Origin: a virus
DNA length: 64,000 nt
Reading direction: 5' to 3' (one strand)
Virus record (IMG/VR): IMGVR_UViG_3300017684_000001
Location: 1-64,000 of that record
The notes beneath the pieces were generated by a model. It was not told where the DNA came from. It saw nothing but the letters and a program-made list of their open reading frames with translations, and ran no database searches. The position numbers were made by a program, and so were the translations under genes. Below are positions 1-9,314 of this stretch, piece by piece. The stretch's first letter is position 1; each line of letters begins with the position of its first letter.

Positions 1-168
1 CTCGATCGCGCCGACCATCGCCGCTTCGAGGCGCTCGGCGAGGTCGACGTTTCCGGATGCGTTCGCGGCGACGGCAACGCCGATCGCGCCGACCCGAACG
101 ATCTCAGAGGCGGACTCGCGCTCGCGGCGCTGAAGGCCGACAGAGCGGAGGATACGGTCGATAGCCAT
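1..168 (-). CDS. hypothetical protein, N-terminal part only (gene runs off left edge)
   Basis: ATG at 168-166 with GGAGG about 9 nt upstream, 4 nt after the stop of 173..604. Frame is open to nt 1 (MAIDRILRSVGLQRRERESASEIV...). Too short for the ORF track. Confidence 0.35.
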   Translation of the reverse strand, partial: MAIDRILRSVGLQRRERESASEIVRVGAIGVAVAANASGNVDLAERLEAAMVGAIE

Positions 169-172
169 TCGC

Positions 173-604
173 TCAAGCCTCCGAGATCGAAGTTGCGGTG
201 TTCAGGAACGGTTGAACGTTCGTGCTCACCGAGAGGTTCGGCGTGATCGGGCCGGAGTACAAGACCGTCCCGGCACCGGAAGCGGTCGTGCCGATCGCGA
301 AATAGGTCTCGGTCTCGGATCCGCCGGTCGCCGCCGGGAAGTTGATGTTTGCGACGGGCGATACGGATCCGGCTGTCGGAACCGTCCATCCCGAAGATGT
401 CCGAGCGACGGCGACGCGAGCGTATCCGGGATAAGCCGCCTCCGATACGCTCTGGGCGCCGCCGACGCCGGGCGCAGCGGTATGAAGTGAGACGTACAAG
501 ACCGTCAGCGGCGAGGTCGTCGCGTTTTGAGCGAGGCCGGTGATCGCCGTTCCCTGAAAAAGAAGGGCGAGAATTGCGTTGTTGAGGAACGTGGACTTGG
601 GCAT
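173..604 (-). CDS. tail-fibre-module protein of unknown function
   Basis: ORF track 173..619. Start moved to MPKSTF (ATG 604) because GGAAGGA lies 6 nt upstream. Follows the fibre and chaperone-position genes. Confidence 0.5.
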   Translation of the reverse strand: MPKSTFLNNAILALLFQGTAITGLAQNATTSPLTVLYVSLHTAAPGVGGAQSVSEAAYPGYARVAVARTSSGWTVPTAGSVSPVANINFPAATGGSETETYFAIGTTASGAGTVLYSGPITPNLSVSTNVQPFLNTATSISEA

Positions 605-663
605 CTGTCGTCCTTCCAAAATCTAAGAAAATTCGAAGACAAATCTACGCCGTAGAAAAATCC

Positions 664-1095
664 TTACGGAGCCGAGGCCGACAGCAGTACGGCAGCGCGC
701 TTGTCATCGAACAAGCCTACCGCCGCATCGTGTAGCAGAGACCACATTTCGTCGTCAGACCGGAAGGTAACCGCGCTCTCGAAGATGCGCCGGATCCGCG
801 TCGGCTGATTGGCCAAGGCCGCATCAATCGCGTCGGCTTCGTCGTCCGTGCAGCGGCGGTAGAGATCGGCGCGGTAGAGGACCACGGGCAACGGCGATGC
901 CGCGGGCTCTGGCGCTGCAAGCGCAGCGATAATCTCCTCGGAAGTCGGCGGATCCTTGTCTTCTACGCGCCAGATCGGGAAACTACAGGTTCCGTCCAGA
1001 TGCATATGAGGCTCTACGAGGGGGCCATCTGCCCCTTCGTAGAGTTCGGCCACCGTTTTTCCGGTGTAGTTCGCGAGGAAGGTTGCGATCTGCAT
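664..1095 (-). CDS. hypothetical protein in tail-fibre assembly/chaperone position
   Basis: ORF track 664..1143. ATG at 1095 (MQIATF...) lies 2 nt after the fibre gene stop. Function is inferred from position only. Confidence 0.45.
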   Translation of the reverse strand: MQIATFLANYTGKTVAELYEGADGPLVEPHMHLDGTCSFPIWRVEDKDPPTSEEIIAALAAPEPAASPLPVVLYRADLYRRCTDDEADAIDAALANQPTRIRRIFESAVTFRSDDEMWSLLHDAAVGLFDDKRAAVLLSASAP

Positions 1096-1097
1096 GT

Positions 1098-2090
1098 TCA
1101 ACCAAACTTCGTAACAGTCATGGTGGCGGCGGTCACAGAACAAACATCAGTCGTTCCGGAGTTACCGAGGTAAGTCCAGCCAGCAAAAGTGCTTCCGGCC
1201 GGGAAATAGCTCGTATAGCTATTGCTTAGTCCGATACTTTGCGTCTGGTTGGTCCAGTTGATGGCTGATTGCTGGCTTAGATTGACGCCGTTGGCGTAGA
1301 TGAAAAAGATCGTAGCGTGAGAAGTTTGGGTGGATGGGGCGATTGATGACGTTGCGATCAGATTGACCGTGTAGATGCCGCCCTTGCTGACCGTCAACGT
1401 CCCGTTAGAAAATGTGCCCCAAGCAGGAGCCGTCCCAGATAAATTGATCTGGGTATTCATGTTATTAGGAATGGACTGTGTACTCGGCAGCGTAAACGTA
1501 GCGGTACTCGCCGCGGCTGGGGACGCGAGGACGTCAGAAGGAAGTGAGCCGGCCGCAGTCCATTGGCCGAGAACCGCGTCGTAAATAAAATGAGCAAACT
1601 GTCCTTGAATAAGATCTCCTGCCGTGAGCGGAAGACCATTTTTTTTAACGACGCCTTTGCTTCCAAGATTATTTAGTGAAAGATTTACTGGTCCGGTATT
1701 CGTATTCGCAACTCGAACAAAAATCCCGCGAAACCCGGTTAAGGACGGAGGAACTGGATCGAGGATGACGGTCAAAATATTAGGCGTTGCTGACTGATCG
1801 ACCGCGAATGCAACGCCGGCCAACATCGCGGCGAAAGACATTCGGAGGTTTGCTTTTAGAGCGGCAACATTTCCATCATCGAGCGCGTCGACAAGACCGT
1901 GATCGACGATGATCTGTCCGAGCGCACTCGTTCCGACAGAGCTTTGCCGCCAAGCCTTGTTCATCATCCCCGACGGGACGATTCCCTTCTGCTGACCGGT
2001 CTGCTGTTGCTGGGAGCCGTTGTAAGCAGCGTCTGACCAAACGTTCGCGCCGGCTGCGATGGCGAACGGGAGATATGAGTTCGTCGGCAT
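1098..2090 (-). CDS. tail fibre protein
   Basis: 330 aa. N-terminus MPTNSYLPFAIAAGANVWSDAAY...NKAWRQSS resembles the conserved anchor of proteobacterial myophage fibres (from memory). The C-terminal half is visibly lower in GC. Confidence 0.7.
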   Translation of the reverse strand: MPTNSYLPFAIAAGANVWSDAAYNGSQQQQTGQQKGIVPSGMMNKAWRQSSVGTSALGQIIVDHGLVDALDDGNVAALKANLRMSFAAMLAGVAFAVDQSATPNILTVILDPVPPSLTGFRGIFVRVANTNTGPVNLSLNNLGSKGVVKKNGLPLTAGDLIQGQFAHFIYDAVLGQWTAAGSLPSDVLASPAAASTATFTLPSTQSIPNNMNTQINLSGTAPAWGTFSNGTLTVSKGGIYTVNLIATSSIAPSTQTSHATIFFIYANGVNLSQQSAINWTNQTQSIGLSNSYTSYFPAGSTFAGWTYLGNSGTTDVCSVTAATMTVTKFG

Positions 2091-2158
2091 GCGCGATTCC
2101 GTCTCGGCGATCTTAAGCGATATAGTCCTAGCGAAACGATGAGGGAAACAAAAGCATG

Positions 2159-3067
2159 TCAGGCGGCGAGGAGCGCCGAGACGTAAGCCGGTGTGTTATC
2201 GGTCGCGCCGAGATCGGCCCCGGAAACGTAGGCGTTATCTATGTCAGCGCCGAAAAGGGGAGCGCCGTCAACAGTCGTAACGAGGGTCTGAACATCAGCA
2301 CCCATTGGCTTAACAGGAAGGATTCCGGCCGTCAGGATCGCAAGGTCGACGGCCGAAGGAATCTTTCCGGCGAAAGCGACGATCCATTGCATCGAGAACG
2401 AGGCAAACGGGGCACCCGCCGCGCCGTCCGGATACGCGACGCCAATATCCGCACCCGCAATCGCATCATCGGCTGCGAAATATAAAGGCGGGCTCGCGCT
2501 TCCGCTCTTATCATCGATAAATACCAAGGTCGCCGGATCGTCGAAATACGACCGCATAATTGCGAGAAGCCCGGAAACGGTCCCGTCCCAACGATTCGCG
2601 AGAATCTTCGCATACAGTAGCTTCCGATAGTACAAATCCGGAAGGTACGAGGTGCCGTAGCCGGACGCGAACGGCTGAGCAGCGTAGCCTTCGTCCGCTC
2701 CGAGCCCGGAAATATCGGCCGAGAAGTAAAGGCTTGGGAGAACGATCGGAACGCCACGACTCTGGCCGATCCACTCGCCCGTCTTATCGAGTTGATCGCC
2801 GACGGCGACGTCGAGATCAAATAAACCAGGCATGCTCGCGATCGCAGCCTGCGAATCGCAGTATGGGGCAACGTTCGCAGAGACGGTCGCGAGAAACCGC
2901 GCCTTGATCGCGTTGCTCTGCCAAGGCGTGATCGCACCGAGATAGTCGTCGACGGTCTTCGCTCGGGTGATCGAAGAAAGAGAATTATCAGCGGTGAACA
3001 GTGTCGAGTCAGCCGTAACGATGGCGCTGTCGGCGGTCAGATAATCTCGAAGATCGATTTCCGACAT
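2159..3067 (-). CDS. baseplate/fibre-attachment protein, DUF2612-like
   Basis: 302 aa. The stretch YYRKLLYAKILANRWDGTVSGLLAIM and the position near baseplate J recall DUF2612. Needs HMM confirmation. Confidence 0.55.
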   Translation of the reverse strand: MSEIDLRDYLTADSAIVTADSTLFTADNSLSSITRAKTVDDYLGAITPWQSNAIKARFLATVSANVAPYCDSQAAIASMPGLFDLDVAVGDQLDKTGEWIGQSRGVPIVLPSLYFSADISGLGADEGYAAQPFASGYGTSYLPDLYYRKLLYAKILANRWDGTVSGLLAIMRSYFDDPATLVFIDDKSGSASPPLYFAADDAIAGADIGVAYPDGAAGAPFASFSMQWIVAFAGKIPSAVDLAILTAGILPVKPMGADVQTLVTTVDGAPLFGADIDNAYVSGADLGATDNTPAYVSALLAA

Positions 3068-3117
3068 TATCAGGCTCCCGGCGAGCAGGGTGAGAGAGTG
3101 GAGGGGTGGGGGAAGGG

Positions 3118-5004
3118 TCAGTTCGGCTCGTTGCGCAGATCGACGGTCAGAAAATTCGATTGATAATCACCCTGCCCGCCAGTCGGCGCCGTGGTCAGCT
3201 CGACGAACGATCGGAACGTCGCGCCAGCCGGGACGCCTTTCAGGGTCACGGATACGAAGGCGTATCCGTTGACTACGGGCGCCCGCGCAATCCGCGTAGA
3301 CCCGTCCCTTAAGATCGACAGCGTGCCTTGAGCCCCTGGAAATGCAAAACCAGCCGAGAACGTCACCTCGCTGACCGCATAGGCCGCGGTGAAGACGCCG
3401 CCCGATTGCCACGCCGCATAGAAAGGGCACTCGTCGACCGTGTCGAGCGTGGCGAACACCATGGTCGTGCCGGACGTGGTCAGCGTCTGCCCCGACCCCG
3501 TGCCCCGGAAAACTTGTCGTCGGTCGTGGCACGCGATACCGCCGGTCGTGCCGCCAATCGGATGTTTAAAGCCTTTCCCGAAAGCCTTCTGTCCAAATCG
3601 AAACTTGGTGTTCGGCGACGTGAAAATCGCGTTCGGCTGTGTTCTTGTTCCTGGGAAGTCGAGATCGTTATTGTCCAGCCAGATCCGACCGGCGAAGGTC
3701 GCATGATCCGTAAGGAACGGCGCCGCGTTGTTGCTGACGTAGCCGGTACAATCATGCGCTGTGAACGCGCCATCAACACCGGCCGTCGAATTGATCGTAA
3801 GATTGTCCGGGTTTGTAATTGATAGGAGCGGGCTCGCCGTCTCGGCGCATACTCCGATCAGCTTGACCTCACCGAAGCGGGTGCCCTCACCGTTCGTGCC
3901 GGCCAGTGGCTGCATCTCGACGAGCACCTGGTCGGTGACGCTCGTCATGATCGCCTCGCCGCCAATCACGGTCGCGAAGCCGCCAATGCACCGGATCGCC
4001 CGACATGGCGCCGTCAGGAAGGCCGATCCGTTCGGCGCCCCGAACCGATCTCCTGAGAAGATGCAGCCGATAAAGCTTAGGTACGTCTCAACGCCGGCCA
4101 CTTCGAGCGCAACTGGGCAGCCGTAGGTCGACACATTCGTAAAGGTCGACTCCGAAATGATCCCAGACGGGTATGCCTTGCTCCCGACTCGCAGCGCAAT
4201 CAAGCAGCCTGTGATATTCAGTGCTTGAAAAAATACGTTCTGCTTTTGCTGCCCTCGGTACCAGACACCACACTTGTAATTGGTATTGTACTGCCCCGCG
4301 ACATACACGCGCCCGCTCGCCGTACAGACGGCGCTCGTCATGTCGAGGATGCAGTCGGTCGGCGTCGTTGCGTTGCCGACGAGGATGCCTGCGCCGTGGA
4401 TCACCGCACCGTCGCTCGGCTTGAACGTCGATACCGAATATGTCCCCGAGAGCGCATAGGGCAGGCTGGCGGCGGTGGCCGCTGCATCGCACGCCTGGAG
4501 TGCCGCAGTATGGTCGGCGACGCCCGCGACGGCGCCGAACCATCCAGGCCGCACCGGGCCGCCGCCGAGCGCCAAATTAAACCACGTCCCGGCGGCGTCC
4601 TGGATCGCCATTAAACCAGACGACGTGCCGAGCACGTAGCGGGCGCCCCCGCCCGCATCACCGGCCGAATAAAACCCGGTCGAGACGAAGGATCGGAACG
4701 GGATGACGCGATTGCCGATCTCACTGCGCGGCACGTCCAAGGTCGGAATGGCATCGCCGAGTTTTGCGGTGCCCCCGCCGAAGATCGGAACACTCGTCCC
4801 CGACGCATCCCCGGTCTTATCGAGCTTGCTCGAGATCGAAAGGTCGATTTGCGCCTTTAATGCCGTCAACGCCGACTGATCAACGAGCGATTGATTGCGG
4901 TCCGCGAGGAGCGCCAAATACGCATTTAGCTTTAGGCAAACGGTGCGAAAATCGTCTCCGGTATGGTCATTAGGAGCGATTCCTATGTTGATGAGGTCCG
5001 GCAC
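3118..5004 (-). CDS. tailspike / tail fibre with pectate-lyase-like beta-helix (putative polysaccharide depolymerase)
   Basis: 628 aa. N-terminal IGIAPNDHTGDDFRT motif is typical of fibre/spike anchors. GWFGAVAGVADHTAALQACDAAA is typical of the start of right-handed beta-helix depolymerases. Confidence 0.6.
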   Translation of the reverse strand: MPDLINIGIAPNDHTGDDFRTVCLKLNAYLALLADRNQSLVDQSALTALKAQIDLSISSKLDKTGDASGTSVPIFGGGTAKLGDAIPTLDVPRSEIGNRVIPFRSFVSTGFYSAGDAGGGARYVLGTSSGLMAIQDAAGTWFNLALGGGPVRPGWFGAVAGVADHTAALQACDAAATAASLPYALSGTYSVSTFKPSDGAVIHGAGILVGNATTPTDCILDMTSAVCTASGRVYVAGQYNTNYKCGVWYRGQQKQNVFFQALNITGCLIALRVGSKAYPSGIISESTFTNVSTYGCPVALEVAGVETYLSFIGCIFSGDRFGAPNGSAFLTAPCRAIRCIGGFATVIGGEAIMTSVTDQVLVEMQPLAGTNGEGTRFGEVKLIGVCAETASPLLSITNPDNLTINSTAGVDGAFTAHDCTGYVSNNAAPFLTDHATFAGRIWLDNNDLDFPGTRTQPNAIFTSPNTKFRFGQKAFGKGFKHPIGGTTGGIACHDRRQVFRGTGSGQTLTTSGTTMVFATLDTVDECPFYAAWQSGGVFTAAYAVSEVTFSAGFAFPGAQGTLSILRDGSTRIARAPVVNGYAFVSVTLKGVPAGATFRSFVELTTAPTGGQGDYQSNFLTVDLRNEPN

Positions 5005-5012
5005 GATCTACC

Positions 5013-6209
5013 TCAACTGACGTAAGAGAATGTAACGTTCGCCGGGACGCAAATCGGCGCCTCGTTGAACGCGAGAACGACGTCCGCGGCGGTCGAGATC
5101 TGTCCATCTCGCGCAGCGATGAGTGAGTTCGGAACGATCTCGAACGTCGATCCAGTCGGCTGATCGGAAAGGTCGGCCGGGACGTAAGCCTTCGAAAGCG
5201 CAACGCCGTTTCCAATTCCGAGATCGGTCGTCCAGGTTGCCAGAGAAGCCTGAATCTGAGCCTCGACGTCCGAGGTGTACCCAGCCTTCGGACGAATCGT
5301 CATCGCATATGTAATCGGAATGATCGTCGGACGAAAGAAGTTGACGTTCCGCGTGATCCCGACGTCATCGGTGATCGGAACGACGGTCGAGCCCCAAGTC
5401 CCGGCAGCGCCCTTCTTGAGCGCGATTAAGGTCGCGATCTGGATCGCGTCGCCGCCCTCTACGACGATCGAAATTCCCTTGCCCGGGATCCCATTCGCGT
5501 CGGGCTGATTCGTGTCGTTCTCGTAGGCCCGAAGACGCGTGACGCCCGAAACAGCATAGAGCGTCCCGACGAGGCCGCCAAGGAGCGTTTGCGACGGAAG
5601 AGCGACCGAGGCGGCCTGGCGCTGGCGAAGCTGGCTATCGCGCTCGACCGGGGCTCCCGGGGCCGCCGCGCTCGGGTTCGTCGCCGATTGCCAGCCGTTT
5701 TGGACGGTCGCAATCGCGCCCTTTCCGTTCGCGGTATCGACAGCGCCAGCCGAAAGCGAGATCGCGCCGATCGTCGTACACGTCCCCGTAACCAAGACCT
5801 GTCCGGCCTCTGGAATCGTAAAATCAGGGAAAGCCCACTGATAGCCCGCTGGGTCCGTGACGAGGCCGCCTGTGACCGTCGTGAACGCGCGACCGACGTG
5901 AAGGAAATCATCGGTCGAGTAGGTCGGAATTTTGCGCCGGATACCGACGTTCTTTACGATCGACGATAGCCCGGCGCCCTGGGCCGAACTCGGCGAATAC
6001 CCATTGTAGGTCGCGAGCGCGGTCCCGTTGACGTCGTCGAGCGCCTGGGCGAGGAGCGCGAGAAATTGGCCGTCCTGGCAGTCGTTCCCGAGATAGGTGT
6101 CCTGGCCGTAGATCGAGCGGTAAACGCCCTGGACGTACGCGAGGCACTCCGCGAGCGTGGGCTTTGCCGCGCCGGCTTCCGTTATCCGAAGGACTGGTGT
6201 CTGACCCAC
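5013..6209 (-). CDS. baseplate J-like protein
   Basis: 398 aa. Size, position and N-terminal region (TLAECLAYVQGVYRSIYGQDTYLGNDCQDGQF) fit the Baseplate_J family. Confidence 0.75.
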   Translation of the reverse strand: MGQTPVLRITEAGAAKPTLAECLAYVQGVYRSIYGQDTYLGNDCQDGQFLALLAQALDDVNGTALATYNGYSPSSAQGAGLSSIVKNVGIRRKIPTYSTDDFLHVGRAFTTVTGGLVTDPAGYQWAFPDFTIPEAGQVLVTGTCTTIGAISLSAGAVDTANGKGAIATVQNGWQSATNPSAAAPGAPVERDSQLRQRQAASVALPSQTLLGGLVGTLYAVSGVTRLRAYENDTNQPDANGIPGKGISIVVEGGDAIQIATLIALKKGAAGTWGSTVVPITDDVGITRNVNFFRPTIIPITYAMTIRPKAGYTSDVEAQIQASLATWTTDLGIGNGVALSKAYVPADLSDQPTGSTFEIVPNSLIAARDGQISTAADVVLAFNEAPICVPANVTFSYVS

Positions 6210-6212
6210 GCG

Positions 6213-6608
6213 CTACCGCCCGAATTCAACCTTCGTGTTCAGCCGCGCCGCCGACGGCGTCAATCCCGAACTCACGTCCGATGAATACGCGGTTTCGATC
6301 TCGACCGAAACTGTGTACTGGCGCGGCCCGGAATCATAGGCGCCGGAATAGGTTTTGATCTGTCGGACGCCGGGGGACGTCAGGATCCGAGTTTGAAGGA
6401 CGGCGTCGCGAACATTCGCTGTATAGCGGCCGAGGACGTTCTGCTCGTACGGCGTCCCGTCTGAGAGGTCCATGTACCACTGACCCTGCCAGAGGTTGAG
6501 CCGGCTCTCGACGATCTGCGCAACCGCATCCGGGGAATTGCGGAGAAACGCGACCTGATCGCCTCCGAAAACCATGTCCCCGTTCTCATCGACGCGACGA
6601 ACTCTCAT
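6213..6608 (-). CDS. small baseplate wedge protein (gpW/XkdS position)
   Basis: 131 aa ORF directly upstream of baseplate J. GAGGAGGAG RBS 4 nt before the ATG at 6608. Confidence 0.5.
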   Translation of the reverse strand: MRVRRVDENGDMVFGGDQVAFLRNSPDAVAQIVESRLNLWQGQWYMDLSDGTPYEQNVLGRYTANVRDAVLQTRILTSPGVRQIKTYSGAYDSGPRQYTVSVEIETAYSSDVSSGLTPSAARLNTKVEFGR

Positions 6609-6627
6609 TGGGTTCTCCTCCTCTGCC

Positions 6628-6781
6628 GAGGTACGGGTTCACTTTTTTGGGTCGAAAGTGGGTACGAGCCGGTTTTATATATATAATATTTCTTCTTCTT
6701 CTAAATTAGAAGTAGAATACAGGAGAGGATATAAAACGGACCCGTACCCACTTTTGACCCAAAAAAGTGAACCCGTACCTC
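6628..6781. repeat. long AT-rich hairpin element, copy A
   Basis: Two ~52 nt arms (GAGGTACGGGTTCACTTTTTTGGGTC...) are reverse complements flanking an AT-rich near-palindromic core. Differs at 2 of 152 positions from the reverse complement of copy C. Confidence 0.9.
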
Positions 6782-6792
6782 CTCCCCTCCTC

Positions 6793-7659
6793 CTACCCCT
6801 CTAGGCTTGTGTAGTCGTCTGGGTCGACTGGATCGTGTTTCGTGTGCGCCGTAAGCGCCGACAAGGCGTCCGAGAGTGGCGCGAGGGCGTCCGGCTGTAC
6901 CAGCGACTGCAAAACCCCCTGAAAGCCTGTGGCGACCCCTTCCTCGCGATTACCTTCGACATCGAAGACCGGCGGTACGGCGAGCGCACCGCCGATCGTG
7001 GCAACCGAGGCGACGAGGGTGTGATTCGCGGCCGACCAAGAGAGCGCAGCATTCGAAGCCGAGACGATCCCGTTGAGTTGCCCACCGACGCCGTCGACCC
7101 AGGCTTGCGCGATTGCCGGGGCGAGGCTCCCCGAGACGACCTGTCCGACGACTTGCGGGAGTACGGTCTGAATCGAGCCGAGAAGGCCGGACGCCGTGAG
7201 CGGTCCGGTCACGACCGACGTCGCTGCGAGATCGGGGAGCGCCGCCCCGGCCATCTGCGCAGTCGTATCGTGAGCGATCATCCCGAGGAACCCGGCGCCG
7301 CCGTTTGTCAAACCGGCAAGCGTGTCGCCGGCCGATTGAAACGCCAAGAGAGTCGCCCCTAGGCCGTTCGCGCCCGTCAACGAGGATATGAGCCCGGCCG
7401 CGCCCGAAACGCTTCCTAGGCCCGCCGCGAGGCCGGGAATCGCCGACGAGATCGCCGACGAGATCGCTGCTTGCGGATTCTGAAGAAGCGACGAGAGGTT
7501 TCCGTCCTGGAGAACCTTCTTCATCAGATCGCCGGCCGCGCCGCCGTCGAGCCGTTTCGTGATCGAGAGCTTCTCCGCGAAGACGCTACCGACCTTCAAG
7601 AGCGGAACGCCGCCGATCAGTTGGAGCGCTTGGGGGAGGGGAACGAAGCCGCCGGCCAT
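6793..7659 (-). CDS. Gly/Ala-rich baseplate-module protein, unknown function
   Basis: 288 aa ORF between the spike and wedge genes. Low-complexity G/A/S/L-rich sequence. Confidence 0.5.
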   Translation of the reverse strand: MAGGFVPLPQALQLIGGVPLLKVGSVFAEKLSITKRLDGGAAGDLMKKVLQDGNLSSLLQNPQAAISSAISSAIPGLAAGLGSVSGAAGLISSLTGANGLGATLLAFQSAGDTLAGLTNGGAGFLGMIAHDTTAQMAGAALPDLAATSVVTGPLTASGLLGSIQTVLPQVVGQVVSGSLAPAIAQAWVDGVGGQLNGIVSASNAALSWSAANHTLVASVATIGGALAVPPVFDVEGNREEGVATGFQGVLQSLVQPDALAPLSDALSALTAHTKHDPVDPDDYTSLEG

Positions 7660-7660
7660 A

Positions 7661-8302
7661 TCAGCAATTCATCAGGATCTTGGACGCGATCTTTTGGATC
7701 GTCATTCCATCGTTGAGGATGCTCGCGCCGCCTTTTTGAAGCCGAGCCAGCGCATCGGTGACTTGTGCGACGGAGGTTCCGCGAACGCTCGTTACGCCTT
7801 TATCGCCGACGTCGTGAACCGTCTGCTTATCGTCCGTCCGGGTCTGGGTCGAATCCTTCGAGACGCCCTTGAGCTTACGCGGATCCGAGCGGACGCCGGG
7901 CATGTAGACCGCGTCCGACATCGCGTGAGAGAGCGTATCAGGCGGGGCCTGGACGCCGCCTTGTTGGTGCCAGGCATCGATCGAGGCGTCAGAGACGATG
8001 ATCCAGCCTTCGTCGCCTTGCTTGTGGGCGTGCGTCATCGTCGTGCCGCCACCGCCGATGTGATGGATCGGGATATCCGGAAGGACAGGGAGCGTCACAG
8101 CCTCCGTCGTCCCATCCGGTTTCCGAACGATCGCCTTAATCAGCGGCTGGAGCTTTACCGTGTGACCATCCTCGGAATCCTCGACGACCGAGACCGGGAT
8201 CGAAGTTCGTGTCTGCTGACGAACGGCGTCCTTGATCGTTTCTAGAAGCTCATCGGGATCCGCGAAGCGGGTTCGAAGGTCGAGCGCGCCTTTATCGGAC
8301 AT
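7661..8302 (-). CDS. baseplate central spike protein (gpV / Gp138-N-like)
   Basis: ORF track 7661..8443. ATG 8302 (MSDKGALDL) lies 1 nt after the upstream stop. VKLQPLIKAIVRKPDG...LPDIPIHHIGGGG fits a spike OB-fold N-domain (from memory). Confidence 0.55.
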   Translation of the reverse strand: MSDKGALDLRTRFADPDELLETIKDAVRQQTRTSIPVSVVEDSEDGHTVKLQPLIKAIVRKPDGTTEAVTLPVLPDIPIHHIGGGGTTMTHAHKQGDEGWIIVSDASIDAWHQQGGVQAPPDTLSHAMSDAVYMPGVRSDPRKLKGVSKDSTQTRTDDKQTVHDVGDKGVTSVRGTSVAQVTDALARLQKGGASILNDGMTIQKIASKILMNC

Positions 8303-8303
8303 A

Positions 8304-9314
8304 TCAGTTCCCCGTCGGAGAAGAATCGGGAAGCGGCACCATCCGCGACGCGAGCGCTGGATTTGCGAGCGCGCCCTTCCGGATGCAGACGATCGCCGTC
8401 TCGAACACGCCGCCACGGGTGTCGCCGACATGCTCGACGACATAGACCTTATAGATACCGTCCGTGGCGAGGCGAGCGGAATCGAGATAGTAGTTCTCGT
8501 TCGCGGAGCCGTAGGCCGGCGAGAAAGACGATTGCTGGATGATCTTCGAATCGATCGAGACCATCGAGCCGACGACGATGTTCCCGTTCAATTGGATCCG
8601 CGCTTCAACGCCCTGGATCGTCTGAACCGGAAGTCCGAGAAGCCCCGTATCGGCGCGGAGCGGGATCACGCCTCCCGGGAGCCCCTTTCCGTTCTCTAGG
8701 ATCTGCGCCTTTCCGCGCTGGATCGAGAAGCTCGTGTTCGTCGCGGCGCAAGTTGCCCGAAGGATGTCCTTCGCCATGCCGAACAGGGCAATCCCGCGTG
8801 GGAACTTCGTCTTCGAGAGCGCGGCAGATGCGATGTAACCCAGACCGACGCCCTGCGCCTTCATCGCATCGATACACGCCATCACGCGATCAGCGTGGGT
8901 GTGACCGGCCGAGAGCGTCTTGTTCGCGACGGCGAAGTTCCGAGCGATCCCGGAATCGGTTGCGAGGATCACGAGCGCCGTGTTCGGGTCGTCCGGCCGG
9001 TCACGAACGTTCGTCCGGGCCTGAATCACCTGACCCTTGAAGATCTCCGCGACCTGTCCGGCGTATCCGGCCGAGATCTTGACCTCGGCGCCACGAACGA
9101 GCGCCGACGCTGCTGCTTTCTCCGAGACGTTGAAGATCCGGATGTTCGCATAGTTCGGTGTCGACGAATCGCGCTGGTGGGTATCGAAGCTGATTCGGAG
9201 ACCGGGGCCGTCACCGCGCCCGTCAGCGAGGTTGTCCGGGATCGTCCCATCGTAGGTGAATTTCGTCCCGCCGACCTCGATCTCAACGGCGCGCAGAAAA
9301 TGCTCACCCATCAC
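8304..9314 (-). CDS. baseplate hub protein (gpD/XkdQ-like position)
   Basis: 336 aa. Size and order (after the tape measure and two small genes, before the spike). Confidence 0.45.
   Translation of the reverse strand: MMGEHFLRAVEIEVGGTKFTYDGTIPDNLADGRGDGPGLRISFDTHQRDSSTPNYANIRIFNVSEKAAASALVRGAEVKISAGYAGQVAEIFKGQVIQARTNVRDRPDDPNTALVILATDSGIARNFAVANKTLSAGHTHADRVMACIDAMKAQGVGLGYIASAALSKTKFPRGIALFGMAKDILRATCAATNTSFSIQRGKAQILENGKGLPGGVIPLRADTGLLGLPVQTIQGVEARIQLNGNIVVGSMVSIDSKIIQQSSFSPAYGSANENYYLDSARLATDGIYKVYVVEHVGDTRGGVFETAIVCIRKGALANPALASRMVPLPDSSPTGN

Noticed and set aside
620-663. Short palindrome TCTACG-C-CGTAGA in the gap after 664-1095, as a possible terminator.
   Set aside because: The loop is too small and the stem only 5-6 bp. 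No U-run follows on the transcribed strand. It is probably insignificant.
1098-5004. Diversity-generating retroelement acting on the fibre or spike genes.
   Set aside because: No reverse transcriptase ORF and no template/variable repeat pair was noticed anywhere in the window.
6628-6781. The large palindromes as protelomerase (telRL-type) targets or as a CRISPR-like array.
   Set aside because: There are three dispersed copies inside operons. No protelomerase, cas genes or regularly spaced short repeats were seen. Telomere resolution sites are single-copy.
6574-6804. Track ORFs that read through the hairpin elements: 6574-6804 (+), the C-terminal part of 52427-53239 (-), and 30780-31232 (+). 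Two of them give near-identical peptides (EVRVHFFGSKVGTSRFYI.NISSSSKLEVEYRRGYKTDPYPLLTQKSEPVPPP).
   Set aside because: The peptide similarity is simply the DNA repeat. The frames lack RBS and start context. They run antisense to the local operon in at least two cases. The palindromic structure explains the sequence better than coding does.
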